From NCBI GenBank assembly GCA_050249115.1, contig JBFWRC010000012.1:19540-83539 (forward strand): a DNA stretch of 64,000 nucleotides, given 5' to 3'. Positions 17,767 to 28,750 of this stretch are shown one piece after another. Origin of the DNA: Beijerinckiaceae bacterium. Lineage in GTDB: Bacteria; Pseudomonadota; Alphaproteobacteria; Rhizobiales; Beijerinckiaceae. Under the pieces are notes generated by a model. That model had not been told where the DNA came from. It saw only the letters and a program-made list of their open reading frames with translations, and did no database searches. How positions within the stretch are numbered: the first letter of the stretch is position 1; every line of letters starts with the position of its first letter. The position numbers and the translations under genes were made by a program.

Positions 17767-17942
17767 GCATTTGCCGAAACGAGAAGTGGCCGGGATGCCG
17801 GATACAATCTTGTAGCGGGCTACGACATTATCCCCTAAAACTAGCTTGGAAACGCGCCCCCGCGGCGCTCGACTGCTTCAACAGTGCGCGTGAAGCAGAA
17901 AATCCGCTTGAGCCGGACACCGATAACAGGAGGGAAACAATA

Positions 17943-18947
17943 ATGACGACGCCAGTTAAATTAGCCATAAAACTCGCATTACCGGCCATTCTGCTGGCGA
18001 CCGCAGGCGTACAGACTGCGATGGCTGCCGAAGCCGTGCTGCGTACGCAGACGGCCCTGCCGCGCCAGCACGATCTGTCCAAGAGCTTCCTCAAACACTT
18101 CGTCGAAAAGCTCAACGCTGCAGGCAAGGGCGTCGTCCGCATCGATTACATCGGCGGACCGGAAGTAACGCCCGCCAACAAGGCTGCAGACGCCTTGAAA
18201 CGCGGCGTGTTCGACTTGCTGCATACTCCGGCGGCCTATCACGTCGGGATCGTGCCGCAAGGCATGGCGTTGATGCCGACCAACCAGACGCCACAGGAAT
18301 ACCGCGCCGCCGGCGCCATGAAGGTTCTCGAGCCGCACTGGCAGCAGAAGCTGAACGCGAATATCCTCGCCATCGGTGAGACCGGCGCGCAGTTTCATCT
18401 TTACACCGTGAAAGAACCGGTCGTTAAAGACGGCAAGCTCGATCTGAAAGGTTTCAAGCTGCGCACAACAGGCGCCTATCGACCGCTGATCCTGGCGCTT
18501 GGCGCAACGCCAGTGCAAATCGCAGCAGGCGAAGTATACACCGGCCTGCAGCGAGGCGTCGTCGACGGCTTCGGCTGGCCGACTGTCGGCCTGCATGCGC
18601 TCGGCCTCGACAAGGTCGCGAAATTCCGTATCGATCCGCCTTTCTATCACCTCGCCAATCTCGTGCTGGTCAATCAGGACAAGTGGAAGACCCTGTCGAA
18701 GGAAGCTCAGGCCATCGTTACAAAAGTCTCCGCGCAATACGAGCAGGATTCCATCAAGGAGATGCAGGACGGCGCCAAGGCGGATACCGAAGCCGTGCAG
18801 AAAGAAGGCGTGAAGATATTCAAGCTCGAAGGCGACGTCGCCAAGGCCTATTTGAAGGCAGCCTACGAGGCGATGTGGAAGCGCGCCGGCCAGCGCATTC
18901 CAGCCGAAGAGCTGAAAGTGTTGCGCAGCAAGCTCTACAAGGAATAG
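17943..18947 (+). CDS. TRAP transporter substrate-binding protein DctP
   Basis: Signal peptide, GFKLRTTG, GATPVQIAAGEVYTGLQRGVVDG and VNQDKWKTL. Confidence 0.88.
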   Translation: MTTPVKLAIKLALPAILLATAGVQTAMAAEAVLRTQTALPRQHDLSKSFLKHFVEKLNAAGKGVVRIDYIGGPEVTPANKAADALKRGVFDLLHTPAAYHVGIVPQGMALMPTNQTPQEYRAAGAMKVLEPHWQQKLNANILAIGETGAQFHLYTVKEPVVKDGKLDLKGFKLRTTGAYRPLILALGATPVQIAAGEVYTGLQRGVVDGFGWPTVGLHALGLDKVAKFRIDPPFYHLANLVLVNQDKWKTLSKEAQAIVTKVSAQYEQDSIKEMQDGAKADTEAVQKEGVKIFKLEGDVAKAYLKAAYEAMWKRAGQRIPAEELKVLRSKLYKE

Positions 18948-18993
18948 CGTCAACGCAACTGGCGGGCGGCGCGCTCTGCTGTCGCCCGTTCTC

Positions 18994-19527
18994 ATGCTCC
19001 ACACCGGACAGATCGTGCCCGCAGTTTCCAGACTCTACGACCACCTCGTCAATGCGCTCGCCGTGATCGCGGGTGCTGGCGTTGTCGTGATCACATTCGC
19101 AGTCGTTTACGACGTGCTGGTGCGCTCGTTCGGCGTCAGCCCGCCCGCTGTCACCAGCGCGCTGGTGGAATATCTGCTGCTTTACTTCGCAATGTTTTCT
19201 GCGCCCTATCTCGTGCGCAAGAAGGGCCACGTCGTCATCGACGCCTTCGTGACGCGCCTGCCCTATCCGCTTCGCACCTGGGTCGAAAAATTCGCCTATC
19301 TTCTGGCGGTCGTGACAGCGATTGTTTTCGTCTGGTTCAGCGGCGGATTGCTGCTCGATTCGCTTCAGAGCGGGCGCTTCGACGAACGCTCCGTCGACAT
19401 ACCCATGTGGCTGCTCTATGCGCCGATGCCCGTAGGCTTTTTCTGCGTCGCGATCGAATTTCTGCGCTGCCTGTTCGGCTACGACGGCATCTATCAGGAG
19501 CGCACGGAATTGCGGGATTCCGTTTAA
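18994..19527 (+). CDS. TRAP transporter small permease DctQ
   Basis: Four TM segments and KKGHVVID motif. Lies between dctP and dctM. Confidence 0.88.
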   Translation: MLHTGQIVPAVSRLYDHLVNALAVIAGAGVVVITFAVVYDVLVRSFGVSPPAVTSALVEYLLLYFAMFSAPYLVRKKGHVVIDAFVTRLPYPLRTWVEKFAYLLAVVTAIVFVWFSGGLLLDSLQSGRFDERSVDIPMWLLYAPMPVGFFCVAIEFLRCLFGYDGIYQERTELRDSV

Positions 19528-20838
19528 ATGACCTGGTACTTCGCCACACTCGTTCTCGTGGGCATGGTCGTCGGCATGATGGCGCTCGGTGTGCCCGTGG
19601 CGCTCGCCTTCATGGCGACCAACGTGCTCGGCACCCTGATTTTCGTCGGCAGCATCGCCGGCCTGACGCAGGTCATCGACAATTCCACCTCGCTCATCAC
19701 CCGCTTCACCCTTGCACCGGTGCCGCTGTTCATCCTGATGGGCGCGCTTTTCTTTCATTCCGGCCTTGCCATCCGCGTATTCGATGCGCTCGACAAACTG
19801 CTCGGCAGGCTGCCCGGCCGCCTGTGCTTTCTCACCGTTCTCGGCGGCGCGACGTTCTCGACACTGACCGGCTCCAGCATGGCGAACACCGCCATGCTCG
19901 GCTCTCTGATGGTGCCGGAAATGCAGCGCCGCGGCTATTCGCGGCAAATGTCGCTCGGGCCTATTCTCGGCACCGGCGGCCTCGCCATGATCATTCCTCC
20001 CTCGACGCTCGGCGTGCTGCTTGCCAGTGTCGCCGGCATCGACGTTGGCCGCCTGCTGATCGCCGGCATATTGCCCGGCATCGTCCTGGCGATTCTCTAC
20101 TCCGGCCTGATCCTGTTGCAGGTGACGCTCAACCCGTCCTCTGCCCCCGCCTATCAGCCGGATCCGTCGACGCGGCGGGAAAAAATCAAGGGACTGGCCG
20201 TCAATGTACTGCCGATGGCGCTTGTCGTGGCGATGGTCATCGGCCTCATCATTTTCGGCATAGCGACGCCGACGGAGGCAGCGGCATTCGGCGTCGTGGG
20301 CGTATTGATGCTCGCAATCCTGTTCCGCCTGCTGACATGGGAGTGCATTTTCGTCTCGGTCGAATCGACTGTCCGCGTCAGCGGCATGGTGCTTTTCATC
20401 ATCATGAGTTCGACCGTGTTCAGCCAGTTGCTGGCCTATTCGGGCGCCAGCGCCGGCATGCTGAAATGGGCGACAAGCCTCGAAGTATCGAACCTGACGC
20501 TGCTGCTGGCGATGTTCGGCGTGTTGCTTGTCTTGGGCATGTTCATGGATCCCGTCTCCATGATGCTGATTGCCGTGCCTATCTTTTTCCCGCTCATTGC
20601 GACGATGAAGGTCGATCCGATCTGGTTCGGCGTATTCTTCCTGATGGCTCTCGAAATGAGCCAGACGACACCGCCCTTCGGCCTGTTGCTCTATATCATG
20701 ATCGGCGTTGCGCCGCCCGGCACGACGCTGATGCATGTGGCTTCGGCGGCCTTTCCGTTCCTTGTCTGCGATGCGATCCTTGTTACGATCCTGATCGTTT
20801 TCCCGAAACTCGCACTGTGGCTGCCGCAATTGATGTAG
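19528..20838 (+). CDS. TRAP transporter large permease DctM
   Basis: PVPLFILMG, GGLAMIIPPS, TPTEAAA and TPPFGLLLY. Confidence 0.92.
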   Translation: MTWYFATLVLVGMVVGMMALGVPVALAFMATNVLGTLIFVGSIAGLTQVIDNSTSLITRFTLAPVPLFILMGALFFHSGLAIRVFDALDKLLGRLPGRLCFLTVLGGATFSTLTGSSMANTAMLGSLMVPEMQRRGYSRQMSLGPILGTGGLAMIIPPSTLGVLLASVAGIDVGRLLIAGILPGIVLAILYSGLILLQVTLNPSSAPAYQPDPSTRREKIKGLAVNVLPMALVVAMVIGLIIFGIATPTEAAAFGVVGVLMLAILFRLLTWECIFVSVESTVRVSGMVLFIIMSSTVFSQLLAYSGASAGMLKWATSLEVSNLTLLLAMFGVLLVLGMFMDPVSMMLIAVPIFFPLIATMKVDPIWFGVFFLMALEMSQTTPPFGLLLYIMIGVAPPGTTLMHVASAAFPFLVCDAILVTILIVFPKLALWLPQLM

Positions 20839-20844
20839 CCGGCG

Positions 20845-22395
20845 CTATCGCGGCGCCCGCTCCGCACGCTTTTCGTCTTCCACCACCTTGAACGCAAACC
20901 GGAAGCGTGGGAGATCCTCGCCTGGGTGGTCCCGCGCATAAGTCAATTGCGGCAGCCGGAAGTTCTGCGGCGTACGTTCCTTGCCCTTGTAAATAGCCGG
21001 ATACAGATCGACGAAATGCCAGCCGGGCGCGCCCGTTGCATGCAGAAAAATCTGCACGTCGCCCTGGCTGTTGAAGCCGCAGGCATAGCCGATATAGGCA
21101 TTGTCATAGACGACGGCATAGATGTTCGCCGTCTCGGTCCAGCCGACTCCCTTCAGACGGATGGTGAATTTCGTGCCCGCCGGCCCGCTCGAGCGGTCGA
21201 GAGGTTTGGCCGAAGGCGCGATCCAGTGCGTTCCTTCAAGCTTACGGCCGCCATGTTCCAACATTAGCCCGTGCGAACCGCCCAAATCGTCCGGCGTCAC
21301 AAAGGAAAAAGCCGCCGTGCCCGAAGGGTCTGCTTTTGCCATGGCAATCGTGCGTGCCTTGCTCTCCCATCCGGCTCCGCTGATGCGGTTGCCGGTCACC
21401 GTCGACCATTGCAGCTTGTACTCCTTGCCCGGCGCAAGACCGCTGGCAGAAAGCGTCAGCGGTTCACCCACCGTCGAAAACGCCCGTTGCGCCGCCAGCG
21501 TGCCTCTGGCCGGCAGCCCGCGAACACTGGTCTGCGCCTGCTGCTCCGGCGGTGGCGGCAACACGGCTGCACCCGGAGTGATCGTAAACGGTATCTGGAA
21601 CACCGGACGGTCGGGCGACGGCGACTGTTGCATGTTGCGATAAGCGAACGTGAAACTGCCATGCAACAATTCAAGGATGTGCCGGCCTTCGTGGCCGGTC
21701 GCCGGAATTGTAAAACGTGCAGTGCCGCCCGTCGTGACCGATGATACCCAGCCTGTAGGCTTGTTGTCGTAGAACAGCATCCAGCTGTTCTCGAGATACT
21801 TCCAGCCAATGCCGCGGATCGTCACCTCAATCGGCGTGCCGAGTGGTCCGCTCTTGGGCGAGATCTTCATCTCCATGTCGATATTGAAGTTCGCCTGTGT
21901 CAGCAGCCGCTTGCCGTCCTGCACCACAACATCGTGGCCGAAACCAAAATCTTCCGGCACGACGAATTTCGCACGCGCCGCCCCGTTCGCATCCGCTGCC
22001 AGGCGGGCAATGCGATAGGCTACGGGCTGGAAAGCCCTGCCATTGTAGGAGCCGTTTTCCGCCTTCCAGCGGCCCTTGGCCGTGCGCCAGACAAGGTCGA
22101 ATGTCTGACCGGGCCTTAGACCTTCAATGGAAGCGGCGACCTGCGTGCCTGCCGGACCATGATCGGGCGTCAGCCGGAGGCTGCCGGAAAATCCGCCCGA
22201 AGGTTCGGCAATGACCGCCTCCGGGCCAAAGGCAGCCGGCGCGGCGAGCGCCGCAGGAGCAACGTCAATCGCAGACGCCGCCGCGCCAAAAAGACTCACA
22301 GAAAGACCCACTGCGGCAAGCAATGCTGTGATTGCAGAGCAGCGGAAAAATCGCGCCTGGACGCTGCCGGACGCGACGGAGACAGCGCGCTGCAT
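20845..22395 (-). CDS. Secreted hypothetical protein with duplicated beta-rich (Ig/TIG-like) domains
   Basis: N-terminal hydrophobic signal. Repeated P-x-x-GP-x-GT modules in an A-B-A'-B' pattern. RBS GAAGGTGA. Confidence 0.75.
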   Translation of the reverse strand: MQRAVSVASGSVQARFFRCSAITALLAAVGLSVSLFGAAASAIDVAPAALAAPAAFGPEAVIAEPSGGFSGSLRLTPDHGPAGTQVAASIEGLRPGQTFDLVWRTAKGRWKAENGSYNGRAFQPVAYRIARLAADANGAARAKFVVPEDFGFGHDVVVQDGKRLLTQANFNIDMEMKISPKSGPLGTPIEVTIRGIGWKYLENSWMLFYDNKPTGWVSSVTTGGTARFTIPATGHEGRHILELLHGSFTFAYRNMQQSPSPDRPVFQIPFTITPGAAVLPPPPEQQAQTSVRGLPARGTLAAQRAFSTVGEPLTLSASGLAPGKEYKLQWSTVTGNRISGAGWESKARTIAMAKADPSGTAAFSFVTPDDLGGSHGLMLEHGGRKLEGTHWIAPSAKPLDRSSGPAGTKFTIRLKGVGWTETANIYAVVYDNAYIGYACGFNSQGDVQIFLHATGAPGWHFVDLYPAIYKGKERTPQNFRLPQLTYARDHPGEDLPRFRFAFKVVEDEKRAERAPR

Positions 22396-22440
22396 GACAA
22401 TTCACCTTCCCGGCCGAAAGACCTTTCGACGCCTGTCAGA

Positions 22441-22950
22441 TTATTTCTTCGGCGGCATGGCCTTCGCCGGCGGGCCTGCAAGAACGGTCAGTTGCGACGA
22501 CTTGATGTTGAATGGCTTCCACTCATGCGTCTTGCCGTCCTTGTCGGTCGCAACAACCGTATAGGCGAACGTTCCGGTCGGATAATCGTCGGGAATTTTC
22601 CAGACTGCCGTCCAGTAGCTGTCGGAAGCATTCTTTGGCGGATGCGTGCCGAACTTGGCGGGGTACGACTTTCCATCCGGCAGTTTGATCGCAACGGACT
22701 TGAGGCCATCCTTTCCCAACTGCTCTTTGACGCCCGGAGCATGAATGCGCACGCGCCAGACCATCAGCTCCCCGCGCTTGAAGCGGTTCTCGAGCACGCA
22801 GAGAGGCCCCGTAAAACCTTCCTTGAGGCGGCCACGCACCATGTCGCCTTCGAAGTAGAGCCGGTCGGCGGCGAGCGCTGCGGAACCGGCTGCGAGAACC
22901 GCAGCTGCCGCAGGAATTGCAAGCGCCACAAAACGAAAGCAAACAGCCAT
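22441..22950 (-). CDS. Secreted hypothetical protein (about 170 aa, beta-rich)
   Basis: Signal peptide ending ALAA and RBS AAGGGAG. The stop lies 45 bp before the next gene. Confidence 0.78.
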   Translation of the reverse strand: MAVCFRFVALAIPAAAAVLAAGSAALAADRLYFEGDMVRGRLKEGFTGPLCVLENRFKRGELMVWRVRIHAPGVKEQLGKDGLKSVAIKLPDGKSYPAKFGTHPPKNASDSYWTAVWKIPDDYPTGTFAYTVVATDKDGKTHEWKPFNIKSSQLTVLAGPPAKAMPPKK

Positions 22951-23088
22951 CCCGTTATACTCCCTTGAAATTGTTTTGCGTCGAAGGAGCGCGAACCCGC
23001 ACTGCCGACTTTTGCAAGTATGCGGTCAAAAATTCAAATCTGGCAATACCTTAAATTCGGTAGGCGACGCTCTGTCCGGTCGGCCCTC

Positions 23089-23979
23089 TCAATATTCCCA
23101 GCGCTGCGCGTTCGCGACCAGGAAATCGCAGAAGACCCGCACGCGCGCGACGTTTTTCATCTCCTCGGGATACACCAGATAGCAATCCATTTCCGGCATA
23201 TCCGCCTGCGGCAGGATACGGACCAGGCCTGTCTCGCTGAGCGCCAGATAGTCGGGCAGCACCGCTATTCCGACGCCGTTTTCGACCGCCCGCCGCAATG
23301 CCGAAATATTGTTGATCGTCAGCGTCGAAGGCCTTGGATCCTTCGCTTCCCGTCCGGCAAAATGCAGATAGTTGATATTGGTGAGATAGGTCGGAGCGCG
23401 CTGGCCGTAGGTGATGATGCGATGGTGATCGAGATCGGCCAGTGACTTTGGCTCGCCATGCCGCTCGAGATATTGCGGTGAGGCGTAGGCGTGGAAGTGC
23501 ATGGTGAAGATGCGACGGCGGATCAGGTCCGCCTGCACCGGCTCGCGCACGCGGATGGCCACATCGGCCTCACGCATGGCGAGATCGAGTTCGCCATCGA
23601 CCAGCAGCACGGTCAGCTTGATGTCCGGATAGAGTTCGAGAAACTCGCCGAGGCGCGGCGTCAGCCAGTTGGTGCCGATGCCGAGCGTCGTCGTCACACG
23701 CAATTCGCCGCCGGGCCGTTCCTTGGAATCGGCAAGCCGCGCCTGCGCATTTTCCAGCTTGAACACCACGTCGCGGACCGTGCGATACAGCATCTCGCCC
23801 TGCTCGGTGAGGATCAGTCCGCGCGCATGGCGATGGAACAACGGGACTTGCAAATCCTGCTCGAGCGCGCTGACCTGACGGCTCACGGCCGACTGGCTGA
23901 GACCCAACGCTTCGCCCGCGTGCGTGAACGATCCGGCGTCGGCGGCGGCATGAAAGATGCGCAATTTATCCCAGTCCAA
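23089..23979 (-). CDS. lsrB: LysR regulator, LsrB/VtlR type
   Basis: MDWDKLRIFHAAADAGSFTHAGEALGLSQSAVSRQ. Directly downstream of trxB, as in rhizobia and Brucella. Confidence 0.8.
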   Translation of the reverse strand: MDWDKLRIFHAAADAGSFTHAGEALGLSQSAVSRQVSALEQDLQVPLFHRHARGLILTEQGEMLYRTVRDVVFKLENAQARLADSKERPGGELRVTTTLGIGTNWLTPRLGEFLELYPDIKLTVLLVDGELDLAMREADVAIRVREPVQADLIRRRIFTMHFHAYASPQYLERHGEPKSLADLDHHRIITYGQRAPTYLTNINYLHFAGREAKDPRPSTLTINNISALRRAVENGVGIAVLPDYLALSETGLVRILPQADMPEMDCYLVYPEEMKNVARVRVFCDFLVANAQRWEY

Positions 23980-24028
23980 TGGCCCGCCCCGTTGAAGTCT
24001 CCGTTGATGCTTTCATGACGGCGCGAAT

Positions 24029-25768
<1,740 letters not shown>

Positions 25769-25808
25769 CTGCGGCGTGAAGAAAGCGGACAGGCAAGAGG
25801 GAAGGGTA

Positions 25809-27110
25809 ATGCGCGAGCGAAAGGACGGTGCGGCTTCTTCAAAGCATTTGCAGCTTGCCGTGCGCGCGTTGTCGTTGTCGTGTGCAGCTCTGGCCGCCGT
25901 GCTCGCTTTGCATTCTGCCGGCTTGCGGCCAGGTATCGCTGAAACCTCATCCGGCGCGGACATTACAAGAGCCGCATGGAACGTCGACGGCTGGGACGCG
26001 GAAGAGCTTGCGAAAATCGCCTCGCTCTCGATTGGCGCCCTGCCGAAGCTGCCACCAGATCCGACCAACAAATACGCCGACGACGAGCGCGCCGCCGAAT
26101 TTGGTCACCGCCTGTTTTTCGATACGGCTTTGAGTTCCAACGGCCAGGTCGCGTGTGCGACCTGCCACAGCCCGGTCCGGAACTTCACCGATGGACGCAA
26201 GCTTTCCGTGGGCGTCGGCATCACCAACCGCAATGCCCCGACGATTGTCGGAACAGCCTACAACACATGGTTCTTCTGGGACGGCCGCAAGGACAGCCAG
26301 TGGTCGCAGGCTCTGGCGTCGCTCGAAAATCCGAAAGAACATAACATGCCGCGCGCCAAAGTCGTCGGCGTGCTGCGCGCCAGCGCCGACTACCGCAAGC
26401 GCTATACGGAAATCTTCGGCCCCCTGCCGGCGGAAGGTGACAAAGCCGGCATCGACCGCGCTTTTGCCAATGTCGGCAAGGCCATTGCAGCCTACGAGCG
26501 CAAGATTCTGCCGGGCCCGACCAAGTTCGACCGCTACGCGCAGGCCATGATCGAGCGCCGCAAGCCCGGCGCGAAGGATTTGCTGACTCTCGACGAAAGT
26601 CTCGGCCTCAAGACCTTCATAACCGACGTGCGCGGCCGCTGCATGCACTGCCACAACGGTCCGCTACTGACCAATGGCTCGTTCCATAACATCGGCATCC
26701 GGCGCAACGAGCCGGCGCGGGATGCGCAAGGCCGCGCTAAAGGCGTTACAGCTGTCTTGAAAGACGAATTCAATTGTCTCAGCCGGTTTTCCGATGCACG
26801 GCCTGATCAATGCCAGGCGTTGAAGTTCGTGCGCACCGACGGCGCCGATCTCGCCGGCGCTTTCAAGACGCCGTCGTTGCGTTATCTCGGCAAGGCCGGT
26901 CCCTATATGCACAATGGCAGCCAGCGCTCTCTTGAAGACGTCACCTGGCATTACCGCACGACGCCCATCGCGGACGTCGGCAAGAGCGAGCTCGAACCCT
27001 TCGTCATCACCGACACGGAATTCGTGCAGATCGAAAGGTTTCTGCTTACGCTGGACGGCAAGATCGCCGCCGATCCGAAATGGCTGCAAGCGCCAGGCAG
27101 CAACCATTAG
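25809..27110 (+). CDS. Di-haem cytochrome c peroxidase / MauG family protein
   Basis: CATCH and CMHCH haem motifs, RNAPT, FWDGRKDS, FKTPSLR and PYMHNG. Confidence 0.9.
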   Translation: MRERKDGAASSKHLQLAVRALSLSCAALAAVLALHSAGLRPGIAETSSGADITRAAWNVDGWDAEELAKIASLSIGALPKLPPDPTNKYADDERAAEFGHRLFFDTALSSNGQVACATCHSPVRNFTDGRKLSVGVGITNRNAPTIVGTAYNTWFFWDGRKDSQWSQALASLENPKEHNMPRAKVVGVLRASADYRKRYTEIFGPLPAEGDKAGIDRAFANVGKAIAAYERKILPGPTKFDRYAQAMIERRKPGAKDLLTLDESLGLKTFITDVRGRCMHCHNGPLLTNGSFHNIGIRRNEPARDAQGRAKGVTAVLKDEFNCLSRFSDARPDQCQALKFVRTDGADLAGAFKTPSLRYLGKAGPYMHNGSQRSLEDVTWHYRTTPIADVGKSELEPFVITDTEFVQIERFLLTLDGKIAADPKWLQAPGSNH

Positions 27111-27130
27111 CGAACGGTCTGCCCAAGTTC

Positions 27131-27179
27131 AGATTCTGTGCGCGAAAAACTGGAACCACTTGTTCTCACGATGCTCTAG
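27131..27179 (-). repeat. Partial Bru-RS/MITE-like intergenic repeat
   Basis: Minus strand CTAGAGCATCGTGAGAACAAGTGGTTCCAGTTTTTCGCGCACAGAATCT shares the AGC..AGTGG..CC.GTT..CAGAATCT pattern with 47592-47683. Confidence 0.5.
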
Positions 27180-28174
27180 GCGCCTGCCCGGGCCTGCACA
27201 AACAGCGCGTAGCGCCGCGCAACCTCGCCGGCAATTTCGGCCGTCGCATCGAGCGGCGCATAGCTCCAGTCTTCAAGCGCCCCCTTCCAGAAGCGGATAT
27301 AGCCGCCGGCCTGCAGGCGTTCGAAAAACGTCCCGAATTTGCCTGCTTCGCCTTCCAGTTTCAGCACGTGCACGGGCTTGCCCGTCGCCAGCGCTTCGCC
27401 GATCATGTTGACGCTGTCGCAGGTCACGAGAAAGGCGTCCGCCAGCGCCAGCATGCCCTGGTACGGGTTGTCGCCGCTGCCGTCCCAGACGAAGGCCCTG
27501 TCCGTGGCGCCGGCATCGGCGATCGCGTGTTTCAGCCGCTCCACCAATTCATCCGGCGTGCGCCGCGACGGCGAGATCATCACGCGCGCGTCTTCGGCCA
27601 GCAGTCTTGCGACCGCAGCCCGAACATTTTCGCTGTCGGCGTCGCCGAACCTGTATTGGCCGCTGGGCCCGCCGAGCATGACCGCAACACGGGGCGATGC
27701 CAGACCGGCAAGGCGCCCATCTGCACGCGCCCGCGCCGATGCCAAAGCGGTGGCGTCATGCGGGTGCGGCGCAGTCAGCGTTTTGAAAACGTTCGCTCCG
27801 GTCAGCCGGTCGTGGGCGGGCGTCCAGATGAGATCGAAGATGCCGCAAGACACCCGGGGATCGCCCAGAAACAGCGTAAAAGTAGCCCCGTCCGAACGCT
27901 TTTTCAGCGCGCGCAGATAGGGGACTGTTTCCTTGCCCGAGGCGATCGCGATATCGGGAAACGGCGCGCGCAGGCCGGGATCGGCAGGGTCGGCAGGTCC
28001 CCACGGCGCAAAGGGCGCATACCACAACCGCGGCGCGACCTGAACGATCTCCGGTTCGACGCCCAGCGCCGCGGCAACACCCGCGCAGGGCACCAAATGG
28101 CCTGTCTTGCCACAAGCCAGAATGCGGATGGAAACACCTGCCGGCAGTTGTCCGGAGGCGGCGACGCCACTCAA
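27176..28174 (-). CDS. ELM1/GtrOC1 family protein
   Basis: [31 protein letters not shown] and [11 protein letters not shown]. Confidence 0.88.
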   Translation of the reverse strand: MSGVAASGQLPAGVSIRILACGKTGHLVPCAGVAAALGVEPEIVQVAPRLWYAPFAPWGPADPADPGLRAPFPDIAIASGKETVPYLRALKKRSDGATFTLFLGDPRVSCGIFDLIWTPAHDRLTGANVFKTLTAPHPHDATALASARARADGRLAGLASPRVAVMLGGPSGQYRFGDADSENVRAAVARLLAEDARVMISPSRRTPDELVERLKHAIADAGATDRAFVWDGSGDNPYQGMLALADAFLVTCDSVNMIGEALATGKPVHVLKLEGEAGKFGTFFERLQAGGYIRFWKGALEDWSYAPLDATAEIAGEVARRYALFVQARAGA

Positions 28175-28644
28175 ACGAACGCCACCTGCATCACTTCATA
28201 GGATTTGCCGCCGCCGGGCGCGTTCACTTCGACCGTGTCGCCAACTGTCTTGCCGATCAGCGCGCGCGCGATGGGAGAGGTGATCGAAATCTTGCCACTC
28301 TTCACATCTGCTTCGCTCTCGCCGACAATCTGATACTTTTTTTCTTCTTCGGTATCCTCGTCGATCAGCGTCACGGTCGCGCCGAATTTGATCGTGTCTC
28401 CGCCCAGTTTGGACACATCGATAACTTCAGCGCGCGAAATCTTGTCTTCCAGTTCCGCAATGCGGCCTTCGTTCAGCGACTGAGACTCTTTGGCGGCATG
28501 GTATTCGGCATTTTCGGAAAGGTCGCCATGGGCGCGCGCTTCTGAGATCGCCTGGATAATGCGTGGGCGCTCTTCCTGCTGGCGCTTCTTCAGTTCTGCC
28601 GCCAACGCCGCATATCCGCCGGCCGTCATCGGAATTTTGTCCAT
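28171..28644 (-). CDS. greA: Transcription elongation factor GreA
   Basis: [18 protein letters not shown] and [13 protein letters not shown]. Confidence 0.98.
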   Translation of the reverse strand: MDKIPMTAGGYAALAAELKKRQQEERPRIIQAISEARAHGDLSENAEYHAAKESQSLNEGRIAELEDKISRAEVIDVSKLGGDTIKFGATVTLIDEDTEEEKKYQIVGESEADVKSGKISITSPIARALIGKTVGDTVEVNAPGGGKSYEVMQVAFV

Positions 28645-28750
28645 AGCCTGTCTCTTTCACCTGAGTCGCTTGACGCCCGGCCTGCCCGAAAACTGGCCCG
28701 GGCCGGGCGATTTCCTGTCCACACACCGGGTCCGCCATTGACGGACGTTC

